NCBI GenBank assembly: GCA_964405435.1
Contig: CAYOOD010000065.1
Location: 1 to 43,440 of the forward strand
Source: an uncultured bacterium
GTDB taxonomy: Bacteria; Cyanobacteriota; Cyanobacteriia; Cyanobacteriales; Oscillatoriaceae
Reading direction: 5' to 3'
Length of the DNA stretch: 43,440 nucleotides
In this document: one piece after another, positions 9,360-18,446 of the stretch
How positions within the stretch are numbered: position 1 is the stretch's first letter
Layout: each line of letters starts with the position of its first letter
Notes under the pieces: generated by a model
Seen by the model: the letters and a program-made list of their open reading frames with translations, nothing else
The model's database searches: none
What the model was told of the DNA's origin: nothing
Program-made: the position numbers and the translations under genes

Positions 9360-12300
9360 ATGGAATCTGAAAATCCCTCGCTGCTCTCCCAGTATAAAGA
9401 CTGTATTGAGCGCCACTGTATCGCCGTGGCTGCCGATACCGCGCTACTGGACGCTATAAAACTGATGGGGCAAACCAACGATCGCGACTTCGGCGTGCAG
9501 GCGCAGCCGGAAGTGAAACCAGAGACAGCCATGCGAACGAGCTGTGTTTTGGTGGTGGAAGGCGATCGCCTGGTGGGCTTGATGACAGAACAGGACATCG
9601 TGAGGATCGCCGCGCGAGAGGGCAGCTTGCGGGAGGTGACGGTTGCTGAGGTGATGGAGCGGCAGTTGATAACCTGCACGGAAGAAGAAGCGCGAGAACC
9701 CCTGCGAGTCATCCAACTATTGCGCCAGCACGGCATCCGCCACTTGCCCGTCACGAACGAGCGAGGTCAACCGCTAGGCATAGTGACGCCAGAGAGCATT
9801 CGCGCCACCTTGCAATCAGCAGACGTACTCAAGAGCCGAACCGTCCGAGAAGTCATGGCAGAAAGGGCGATCCACGCCCCAGCCAGCGCGACGCTGCTAG
9901 AGGTGGCCAAACTCATGGCCGAGCATCGGGCGAGCTGCGCGGTTATCGGTGCGGAGATCGCCCCGGCAAAAATTCGCCCTCTGGGAATCGTGACGGAGCG
10001 GGATCTCGTGCAAGCCCAAGCCCTAGAAGTGAATTTGAGAGAAGCGATCGCCGAACGGGTGATGAGCGCTCCCCTATTTCTAACCAGTCCCGACGATTCC
10101 CTGTGGGAGGCTCACCAACAAATGCAGCGGCTGAATATCCGGCGCTTAGTCGTTGTTGACCGCGAAGGCTATTTGGCGGGACTGGTGACACATGCGAGTA
10201 TTTTGCAAGCGATCGATTTAAACGAACTGCACGGAGTGATTGTCGCCTTGAAACAGCAGGTGCAGCAACTAAAAACCGAGAACGTCGATTTGCTAAAGCG
10301 CCTGAATAGCCAGCTCGCGCGAGAAGTGAGCGATCGCGCCGCGAGGCTGCAAGAATCCGCGCAGAAAAATCAACTCTTAGCCGATATGGCACTGCGGATT
10401 CGCGCCTCTTCGAGTTTAGACGCGATTCTCAATACCACCGTCGCCGAAGTTCGCCAACTGCTGCAAGCCGATCGCGTCATCATTTACCGCTTCGATCCCG
10501 ATTGTAGCGGCAAAGTGATTGTAGAATCTGTTGAACGAGTGGAATGGTCTATTATCAACAGTGTTGTCAAAGATGAGTGCTTCGAGGCCGGATGGTTCGC
10601 TCCGTATAAAAACCGCCGTTCCAAAGCGATCGCCGATATCGAAAATGCCGGATTGAGCCCCTGCCACGTTGATTTTTTAAAGCTGTTTGACGTGAAAGCT
10701 AATCTCATCGTCCCCATCGGGTTTGACGAGACGTTGTGGGGACTTCCGATCGCGCATCAGTGTGCGCGATCGCGGCAGTGGCAGCCGGAAGAAATAGAAT
10801 TTCTGGAAAACTTATCCGTCCAGGTAGAAATCGCGATTCAGCAAGCGACACTGATCGAGCAAATTCAAACCGCCAATGCACAACTCGCCAGCGAAGTCGC
10901 CCAGAGAACCGAGCAATTGCAGCGGGAACTCGAACGCACGCAGCGAGCCGAAAAAGCAAGCCGGGAACGGGAAGCAGTGCTGCGGAGCTTCTACGACTCT
11001 GCACCGATGATGATGGGCGTTGTGGAACTGTTAGACGATGACATCCTGCATTTATCGGACAACGCGACAACGGCGCAATTTTTCGGAACGACTCCGAAAG
11101 CAATGCAGGAACGATGCGCCAGCGAAATGGGGGCGGAACGAGAATATATTCTCTGGTGGATTAGCTATTATCGGGAGAGCCAGAGATTAGGTCAGCCCGT
11201 TCGCTTTGAATACCAGCACGAGCGAAAGGGAACGGTCAAGTATCTGTCGGCAACCGTTTCCTACATCGGGCAAGGGGAGAGCGATCGCCCCCGTTTTTCC
11301 TATATTGTCGAGGATATAAGCGATCGCAAGCTCGCAGAAATAGCCCTGCAAAAAAGCGAGGAAAAATACCGGCAAATTGTCGAAACCACCTCAGAAGGCA
11401 TCTGGGTGCTGGATGTGGAAAACAAAACCAGCTTTGTGAATGCCAAGATGGCAGAAATGCTCGGCTACACCGTTGAGGAAATGCAGGGAATGCCTTTGTT
11501 TGCCTTTATGGAAGCCGAAGAACAAAGGCTGGCGCAAGCTTATTTAGAACGCCGCTATCGGGGGATTAGCGAACATCACGATTTCAAATTCCGCCGCAAA
11601 GACGGCTCCGATCTGTGGGCGATGCTATCGACGACAGCGATTCTCGATGCGGCAGGCAACTATGCTGGTGGTTTCGCAATGCTTGCGGATATCAGCGATC
11701 GCGTGCGGGCAGAAGCCGCCCTGCGAGAAAGCGAAGAACGCTGGCAACTGGCGCTGCGCGGCACTCAGGACGGGATCTGGGACTGGAATGTCAAAGCCCA
11801 GCAAGTTTTCTTTTCCGAGCGCTGGAAGGCAATGCGCGGGTTTGAACCCCACGAAATCGGCAACTCTCTACAGGAGTGGTACAGTCGCATTCATCCTGAA
11901 GATGTGCAAAAAGTCAGACAAGCGCTCGACGATCACTTTGCCCGCAAAACGCCTTTGTTCACCGCTGAATACCGCGTGCAGCGCAAAGATGGCAGCTATA
12001 TGTGGATTCTCGACCGGGGACAGGCGCTTTGGGACGAAACCGGCAATGTCGTGCGGATGGCGGGATCGGAAAGCGACATCAGCGATCGCAAACAGGCTGA
12101 AGAATCCCTGCGCCAGAGCGAAGCCTCCCTGCGCGCCTTTTTCCGCGCCATTCCCGACGCCATCTTTCAAGTCTGCAGGGATAGAACCTGTGGCGACGCG
12201 GGCGATTTGCTCTTGCACGAGCTAGCTTCATGCGGCTCTGTGAAAATCCTCAAATCCAACCAAGAGACGAACGCAGGGCGAATTCCAGAAATCCTGCCCC

Positions 12301-15300
12301 TGGCTCTGGCACAGTTGCCGGTGCAGTACCTCGATCGGGCGATCGAAACTGGCGAGCTGCAAGTTTGCGAATACGAAATCGCTCTCGACGGCGAAACGCG
12401 CTGCCAAGAAGCCCGCATTGTTGCCAGCGAATGCGATCGCGCTTTTGTAGTCTTGCGCGACATTACCGAGCGGAAAAAAACTGAAGAAAGATTGCGAAAA
12501 TTTGAAGGCATTGTCTCGAACATTCCCGATGCCATTTTTTTGATCGACCGCGACTATACCTATCAAGTTGCCAACCAGACTTATTTAGACTGGCACGAAA
12601 CCTCCGCCGCTGAGATTGTCGGACGTTCGGTTGCCGACATGATAGGGCAGGAAGTCTTCGAGACCGTTGCCAAACCTCACCTCGATCGCTGTCTGGCGGG
12701 AGAAATTGTCCGCTACGAGCAGTGGTTTGAGTATCGCCACTCCCTGCCTCGATTTCTGAGCGTCACTTATGCGCCTTACGCCGAGCCAGACGGCACCATA
12801 TCGGGCATCGCCGTCAGCCTGCACGACTTGACAGAACTCAAACAAGCCGAAGAGGCGTTATGGCAGAGCGAACAAAGATTTCAGATTGCGATCGAACACA
12901 TGCCAGATGTCTGCGTGATTTACGATCGCGACCGGCGATTGCAGTATGTCAATCAGCAGGGATTGGAGCGGACGGGATGGCCCTTAGAACAGTTCATCGG
13001 CCAGCGAGATGAAGATTTATTTCCTCCCGAAGTGACTTCTAGCTATCTGCCGATTTTGCTGCAGACTGTTGCGACGAAAACCTATCAAGTAGGAGAGTGT
13101 ACGATTCGGCTTCCCGATGCAGAGCCCTACACCATCATTGCCAAGTACGTCCCCCTGCTCGACGAAGCGGGCGAGATTCAACAAATCCTGGGCATCACCT
13201 TTGATATCACCGATCGCCAGCGCTCCGAAGAAGCCTTGAAAGCGAGTGAAGCTCGCTTCCAAGCCTTCATGCAAAATATTCCCGCTGCCACTTGGATTGC
13301 CGATGATGCAGGCATATTAGTCTATGCAAATGCCTCATTTATGAAAGGGGTGCTGTTGTCTCGTCAGGATGCGATCGGCAGAAATCTGTTTGAAATTTTT
13401 TCGCCGGAAATGGCTCAGCAATATGTAGAGAATAACCGCCTTGTTGCTCAAGCGCAAACGGTGCTAGAAACCATTGAAACGGCAACCCGATCCGATGGTT
13501 CGCTGGGCGAATACCTGGTTTACAAATTTCCGATTCCCTCCACGTCTGAAAACTTCCTCATCGGGGGTGCGGCGATCGACATCACCGAGCGCAGGGCGCT
13601 AGAGCGAGAGCTAGCCGCGAAACAACAATTGCTGGATGCCTTTATCACGAGCGCTCCAGTGGGCATGACGGTACTCGATCGCCAGTGCCGCTACGTTCTC
13701 GTCAATGAAGCTTTAGCAGAAATTAATGGGCTATCAGTAGCCGAACATATCGGGAAAACCCCCTGGGAAATCGTACCCGATCTGGCACCGAAACAAGCGG
13801 GCATCTTTGAACATGTCCTGACAACGGGCGAACCTGTCCTCTATGTAGAGATTGCTGGAGAGACGCAGAAACTGCCAGGGGTATTGCGGACGTGGTTAGT
13901 TTCTTATTTCCCGATTCAGTCGCCGGAAACCCAACCCATCGGGCTCGGCATTGTTGTTGTCGAAATCACCGAGCGCAAGCAAGCAGAAGCCGCGCTGCGC
14001 GAGAGCGAGGAAAAGTTTCGCCAGTTGGCCGAAAACATTCACCAAGCCTTTTTTATGACTGATAAGAAGGGAAAAGTTCTTTATATTTCTCCAGCCTACG
14101 AGCGAATATGGGAGAGAAGTTGCGAAAGCCTGTATAAAAATCCTTTATCTTGGATGGAGTGCATCTATGCAGATGATTATAAACGAATCCAATGGGTTTT
14201 CAGCAGGCAATTGCGATCCAGTATATCCGTCGATGAAACTTATCGAATTGTCCGATCGGATGGACAGATTCGCTGGATTGTGTCTCGCTCGGCTCCTATT
14301 TTCGATGAAAGGGGAGAGGTTTACCGCTTTGCCGGCATTGCCGAAGATATCACAGAGCAAAAATGGGCGGAAGATGCCCTCCAGCGGCAATTGCAGAAAG
14401 CGTTGCTCCTGCAAAAAATCACGGATGAAATCCGCCAAAACCTCAACACGCAGCACATTTTTGAAACGGCTGCTATTCAAATCGGAGAGGCATTTGGGGT
14501 GAATCGCTGTCTGATTCACGCCTACATTGCCCAACCAGAACCGAGGCTGCCTTTGGTGGCGGAATACTTGCTGGGAGGCTATCCGTCGTTGAAGGACACA
14601 GAAATTCCCGTTGCAGACAATATTCACGCCCAAACCGTGTTAAGAGAAGAACGGGCGATCGCGACGCCGGATGTCTACAGCGAACCGCTATTTGAGCCAG
14701 TATTTCACCTGTGCCGTTACCTGCAAATCCAGTCAATGCTGACGGTGCGGACTTCTTATCAGGGCGAACCGAATGGTTTAATCGGGCTGCACCAGTGCGA
14801 TCGCGCCCGCGCCTGGATGCCCGATGAAATTGAATTGCTCGAAGCCGTCGCCGCTCAGATGGGAATTGCCCTGGCGCAAGCGGCTCTCTTAGAACGAGAA
14901 ACCCACAGGAGCGAAGAACTGGCGCTGAAAAACATCGCCCTAGAGCAAGCGTCGCGAGAAGCCGAAACCGCCAACCGCGCCAAGAGCGAATTTCTCGCCA
15001 ATATGAGCCACGAATTGCGCACGCCATTAAACGCTATCCTGGGATTTGCCCAAGTGATGGGCGGCGATTCGTCTCTCAAAAAGGAACACCAACAACAATT
15101 AGCGATTATCAATCGCGCCGGCGAGCACCTGCTGGAATTAATCGACGACATTTTAGAAATGTCCAAAATCGAAGCCGGTAGAGTCACTTTAAATGACACG
15201 AACTTTGACCTGCTGCACCTGCTCGATACCCTCAAAGAAATGCTGTACTTAAAAGCGCGGGCAAAAGGATTAAATCTCGCCTTCGAGCTAGCTGCTTCTC

Positions 15301-16409
15301 TTCCCTCCTTCGTGCGAACGGATGAAGGGAAACTGCGCCAAGTTTTGCTCAACATCTTGGGCAATGCCATTAAATTTACGAAATCGGGCACCGTCACCCT
15401 GCGCGCGAAAGCGAACGCGATCGAAGCAGGCAGCGGGCACCGCGAAACAGCCAGCCAAGCCCGTTTATTATTTGAAATCTCCGATACCGGCCCCGGCATT
15501 GCCCCAGCGGAAATGAACAAGTTATTTGAATCCTTCGGACAAACCGAAACAGGCCGAAAATCGGGACAAGGAACGGGGTTGGGATTGCCCATCAGCCGCA
15601 AATTCGTGCAACTGATGGGAGGAAATATCAGCGTCAAAAGCACAGTCGGACAGGGCAGCATTTTTAGCTTTAACGTTCCCGTCACGCTCATCGACGCGAC
15701 GGATGTTCTGCTGCCGACGCGGCAGCGCAAGATCGTGTGTTTAGCCCCCAATCAGCCGAGCTATCGGATTCTGGTCGTTGACGACATCTCCGACAGCCGC
15801 TTGCTGCTTTCGCAAATTCTCGCCGCCATTGGCTTCGAGGTGCGGGAAGCGGAGAATGGGCAGCAAGCCGTTGATTTGTTGCACAGTTGGCAGCCGCACT
15901 TGATTTTAATGGACATGCGGATGCCGGTGATGGACGGCTACGAGGCAACCAAACAGATTAAATCCGGCTCGAACGGAGAGGCTACAACGATTCTTGCCCT
16001 GACGGCTAACGCCTTTGAAGAAGACCGCATAACTGTTCTGGCTGCCGGGTGCGATGATTTCATTCGCAAGCCTTTTCAAAAAGAGGAGCTTTTAGAAAAA
16101 ATCGGAAAGCATCTCGGGCTCGCCTACATCTATGAAGAGGAGAGCAGCTTCAGCCAAAGCGATCGGCCAAAAACTGAAGGGATTTCTTCTCCGGCTGCGG
16201 CGATCGCGCACTTGGCTCAAATGCCGCCGGAATGGGTAGCAGAACTCTTCAAACTGGCGTCTCAATGCAGCGACGACTTGATTTTAGAATTAGTCGAAGA
16301 ACTTCCCCCCGATCGCGCTCCGCTAGCAGAAGTGGTTGCAGATCTTGCCCATAACTTCCAGTTTGAAAAAATTCTGGAATTGCTCGAACCGATGGAGAGA
16401 GCCAACTGA
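9360..16409 (+). CDS. Giant hybrid sensor histidine kinase: four CBS domains, GAF, at least seven PAS/PAC modules, a second GAF, HisKA, HATPase_c, REC and an unassigned C-terminal domain of about 90 aa. Its length is 2354 aa if started at ATG 9345.
   Basis: Start chosen at ATG 9360, which has a GGGGG Shine-Dalgarno 8 nt upstream. CBS pairs: 'LVVEGDRLVGLMTEQDIVR', 'PLGIVTPESIRA', 'PLGIVTERDLVQA', 'GLVTHASILQAI'. Repeated PAC endings read '...DITERK/DISDRK'. H-box '[21 protein letters not shown]'. 'NILGNAIKFT...DTGPGIAP...GTGLGLPISRKFV'. Receiver 'ILVVDDISDSR...LILMDMRMPVMDG...IRKPF'. Confidence 0.9.
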   Translation: MESENPSLLSQYKDCIERHCIAVAADTALLDAIKLMGQTNDRDFGVQAQPEVKPETAMRTSCVLVVEGDRLVGLMTEQDIVRIAAREGSLREVTVAEVMERQLITCTEEEAREPLRVIQLLRQHGIRHLPVTNERGQPLGIVTPESIRATLQSADVLKSRTVREVMAERAIHAPASATLLEVAKLMAEHRASCAVIGAEIAPAKIRPLGIVTERDLVQAQALEVNLREAIAERVMSAPLFLTSPDDSLWEAHQQMQRLNIRRLVVVDREGYLAGLVTHASILQAIDLNELHGVIVALKQQVQQLKTENVDLLKRLNSQLAREVSDRAARLQESAQKNQLLADMALRIRASSSLDAILNTTVAEVRQLLQADRVIIYRFDPDCSGKVIVESVERVEWSIINSVVKDECFEAGWFAPYKNRRSKAIADIENAGLSPCHVDFLKLFDVKANLIVPIGFDETLWGLPIAHQCARSRQWQPEEIEFLENLSVQVEIAIQQATLIEQIQTANAQLASEVAQRTEQLQRELERTQRAEKASREREAVLRSFYDSAPMMMGVVELLDDDILHLSDNATTAQFFGTTPKAMQERCASEMGAEREYILWWISYYRESQRLGQPVRFEYQHERKGTVKYLSATVSYIGQGESDRPRFSYIVEDISDRKLAEIALQKSEEKYRQIVETTSEGIWVLDVENKTSFVNAKMAEMLGYTVEEMQGMPLFAFMEAEEQRLAQAYLERRYRGISEHHDFKFRRKDGSDLWAMLSTTAILDAAGNYAGGFAMLADISDRVRAEAALRESEERWQLALRGTQDGIWDWNVKAQQVFFSERWKAMRGFEPHEIGNSLQEWYSRIHPEDVQKVRQALDDHFARKTPLFTAEYRVQRKDGSYMWILDRGQALWDETGNVVRMAGSESDISDRKQAEESLRQSEASLRAFFRAIPDAIFQVCRDRTCGDAGDLLLHELASCGSVKILKSNQETNAGRIPEILPLALAQLPVQYLDRAIETGELQVCEYEIALDGETRCQEARIVASECDRAFVVLRDITERKKTEERLRKFEGIVSNIPDAIFLIDRDYTYQVANQTYLDWHETSAAEIVGRSVADMIGQEVFETVAKPHLDRCLAGEIVRYEQWFEYRHSLPRFLSVTYAPYAEPDGTISGIAVSLHDLTELKQAEEALWQSEQRFQIAIEHMPDVCVIYDRDRRLQYVNQQGLERTGWPLEQFIGQRDEDLFPPEVTSSYLPILLQTVATKTYQVGECTIRLPDAEPYTIIAKYVPLLDEAGEIQQILGITFDITDRQRSEEALKASEARFQAFMQNIPAATWIADDAGILVYANASFMKGVLLSRQDAIGRNLFEIFSPEMAQQYVENNRLVAQAQTVLETIETATRSDGSLGEYLVYKFPIPSTSENFLIGGAAIDITERRALERELAAKQQLLDAFITSAPVGMTVLDRQCRYVLVNEALAEINGLSVAEHIGKTPWEIVPDLAPKQAGIFEHVLTTGEPVLYVEIAGETQKLPGVLRTWLVSYFPIQSPETQPIGLGIVVVEITERKQAEAALRESEEKFRQLAENIHQAFFMTDKKGKVLYISPAYERIWERSCESLYKNPLSWMECIYADDYKRIQWVFSRQLRSSISVDETYRIVRSDGQIRWIVSRSAPIFDERGEVYRFAGIAEDITEQKWAEDALQRQLQKALLLQKITDEIRQNLNTQHIFETAAIQIGEAFGVNRCLIHAYIAQPEPRLPLVAEYLLGGYPSLKDTEIPVADNIHAQTVLREERAIATPDVYSEPLFEPVFHLCRYLQIQSMLTVRTSYQGEPNGLIGLHQCDRARAWMPDEIELLEAVAAQMGIALAQAALLERETHRSEELALKNIALEQASREAETANRAKSEFLANMSHELRTPLNAILGFAQVMGGDSSLKKEHQQQLAIINRAGEHLLELIDDILEMSKIEAGRVTLNDTNFDLLHLLDTLKEMLYLKARAKGLNLAFELAASLPSFVRTDEGKLRQVLLNILGNAIKFTKSGTVTLRAKANAIEAGSGHRETASQARLLFEISDTGPGIAPAEMNKLFESFGQTETGRKSGQGTGLGLPISRKFVQLMGGNISVKSTVGQGSIFSFNVPVTLIDATDVLLPTRQRKIVCLAPNQPSYRILVVDDISDSRLLLSQILAAIGFEVREAENGQQAVDLLHSWQPHLILMDMRMPVMDGYEATKQIKSGSNGEATTILALTANAFEEDRITVLAAGCDDFIRKPFQKEELLEKIGKHLGLAYIYEEESSFSQSDRPKTEGISSPAAAIAHLAQMPPEWVAELFKLASQCSDDLILELVEELPPDRAPLAEVVADLAHNFQFEKILELLEPMERAN

Positions 16410-16582
16410 TCGGCTGCGGCGAGGGGGAGAGCGGGAGAGCTTTCTGCCCCGTCAAATCACAAGCCTAATCGCTTATCGCGGGGGAGCATCCCATTTTTGG
16501 AGTGCGTTCGCGAAGCGGGTGCGTAAGCGTTGCGGCTCTTTTATGAGCTAGCACCAACGTCTCGTTCGCTCTTGAATAGATA

Positions 16583-16599
16583 GGGAGCGAGACGCTCCC
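16583..16599. other. Perfect short hairpin GGGAGCG-aga-CGCTCCC in the long intergenic region downstream of the giant kinase
   Basis: 7-bp GC-rich stem with a 3-nt loop, read directly. No adjacent U tract, so its assignment as a terminator is uncertain. Confidence 0.3.
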
Positions 16600-17110
16600 A
16601 CTTCTGAAAAAAGGTGTTTTGACAAAAACGGGATGCTCCCCTTATCACGTCCGGTGGGATGGGCTGTACGATCTAGAGGAGGGCACGCCGACGGCGGGGA
16701 AACTCCGAAACCGTCCGCCTTGCTGAGGAACTTGGCAGCGTCGCGATCGAGACTCCCTATTTTTTTTACTCCCTTTTCGGTCTAAAATTGCCGTTGGCTG
16801 CTATTTCTCTTTTTGCCGCCTCCCCCCCTTCCCCTTCTTGATCGGTTTCTTGCGGCGGGGAGGGAGCCAGTGGAGGCAACCTCTCACTTTTGTAGGGGAA
16901 AACGCATATAGCCCTTCTGCACAGGGCTGCGCTAACGAGAGAAGAAGCTCTCGGTTTTCACCGAAAATCGATGATGCGAATGCTCTTTCGCGACGCCCGG
17001 TATCTACATGTACGCTTGACGATTCCGTCAGAGGAAGAGAGGACGATCTCTCTGAAAAGTTGCTTTTTACAGCCGATCGATGGAAAAATTATACCTGCCA
17101 GTCATAAAAA

Positions 17111-18180
17111 ATGAGTAAACCTTCAGCGAAGTCCTATAAAGGTGACATTCTACTGGTTGACGATACCCCTGACAATCTGCGGGTTTTAGCTTCTCTCCTA
17201 GAGAATCAGGGGTATCGCATTCGCAAAACCTTGAATGGGACGATGGCTTTAACTGCCTGTGAAAACTTGTTGCCCGACCTGATTTTACTGGATATTTTAA
17301 TGCCGGATATGGACGGATATGAGGTGTGCAAGCGGCTGAAAGATTCCGAAAGAACGCGGGACGTGCCCGTGATTTTTATTAGCGCTCTCGATAAGACCCT
17401 TGATAAGGTAAAGGCGTTTAAAGTTGGGGGTGCAGATTACATCAGCAAGCCGTTTCAAACTGAAGAAGTCATCGCTCGCGTCACGCACCAACTGACGATC
17501 CAGCAGCAGCACCGCCAACTGATCGAACAAAACGCACAACTGCAAAAGTTGAATGAAACCATCACGCGCTACAATGCCGAAATCGCCAAATCCAATGCCG
17601 AATTAGAACAATTTGCCTACATGGCATCCCACGATTTGCAATCGCCGCTCCAGCTTACGATCGGTTATGCAGATATACTGCTCTGGAAATACGAAACGAA
17701 TCTCAATGAGGAGATGAAACGCTATATTGGCGAGATTGTGAAGGCGGGTACGCGGATGCAGCTGCTCATTAAGGATTTGCTGGCTTATTCTAGGCTGGGA
17801 GCGCGCCCTCCCCAGTTGCAAGCGGCTGACTGCCAACTCGCTTTAGCAGAGGCGCTGGCTAATTTGAGCGAGGAAATCTCTGCCAGCGGGGCGGTTATCA
17901 CCCATTCGGATTTGCCAACCGTCACGGGCGATCGCACGCAATTGATGCAGCTTTTTCAAAATCTCATTGGCAATGCCATTAAATTTCGCCGCCCGGACAT
18001 TTCCCCCTCATTTTTGAGGTTTTCCAGCGCCTGCACCCGCATACGGCATACCCGGGCACTGGGCTCGGTATGTCTATCTGCAAAAAAATTGTCGAACGCC
18101 ACGGCGGGCAGATTTGGGTTGAATCTGAAGTCGGAGCGGGAACGACGTTTTATTTTACACTTCCTCGCATGGAAGAATAA
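17111..18180 (+). pseudogene. REC-HisKA-HATPase_c histidine kinase with an internal deletion and frameshift in the ATP-binding domain. It is a probable pseudogene, or else an assembly error.
   Basis: The receiver ('ILLVDDTPDN...LILLDILMPDMDGYEV...ISKPF') and the phytochrome-type H-box 'MASHDLQSPLQ' are intact. The N box '[13 protein letters not shown]' is followed about 4 codons later, in the -1 frame, by '[56 protein letters not shown]', which ends at the TAA at 18178-18180. About 35-40 codons are missing, including the DxGxG box. The ORF-track frame reads through to 18364 as nonsense. Confidence 0.6.
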
Positions 18181-18446
18181 ATCGGCTGGGAAGTGTTTTA
18201 AAATCGATGCAAGCTTTCTCTATCGGTTGAATGGCTGGCCGCATCGCTGGCACCGGATTCGTCGGGAGGCGATCGCGCGGTCTGGGAAAAAATACCTTCT
18301 AAAAATGCCTGTGATTTATATCACCATTTTTCGGTGTTTGACGTCAGCCAAACGACCGATCTAAATCATTCGCGCCTTCCCCAAAATAGATAGGATAAAA
18401 GAAACCAGCCAACCAGAAAAGAGGCTCGGTAGGGAGAGTAAATTTA

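Noticed and set aside
14855-15751. 298-aa minus-strand ORF inside the giant hybrid kinase. Similar shadow ORFs lie at 9191-9754, 10705-11103 and 14473-15027.
   Set aside because: It is antisense to the HisKA/HATPase region, which has unambiguous motifs on the plus strand. It has no family resemblance.
18181-18364. C-terminal 60 aa of the ORF-track protein 17111..18364
   Set aside because: This tail is produced by reading through in the wrong frame after the frameshift. The genuine HATPase C-terminus is in the -1 frame and stops at 18180.
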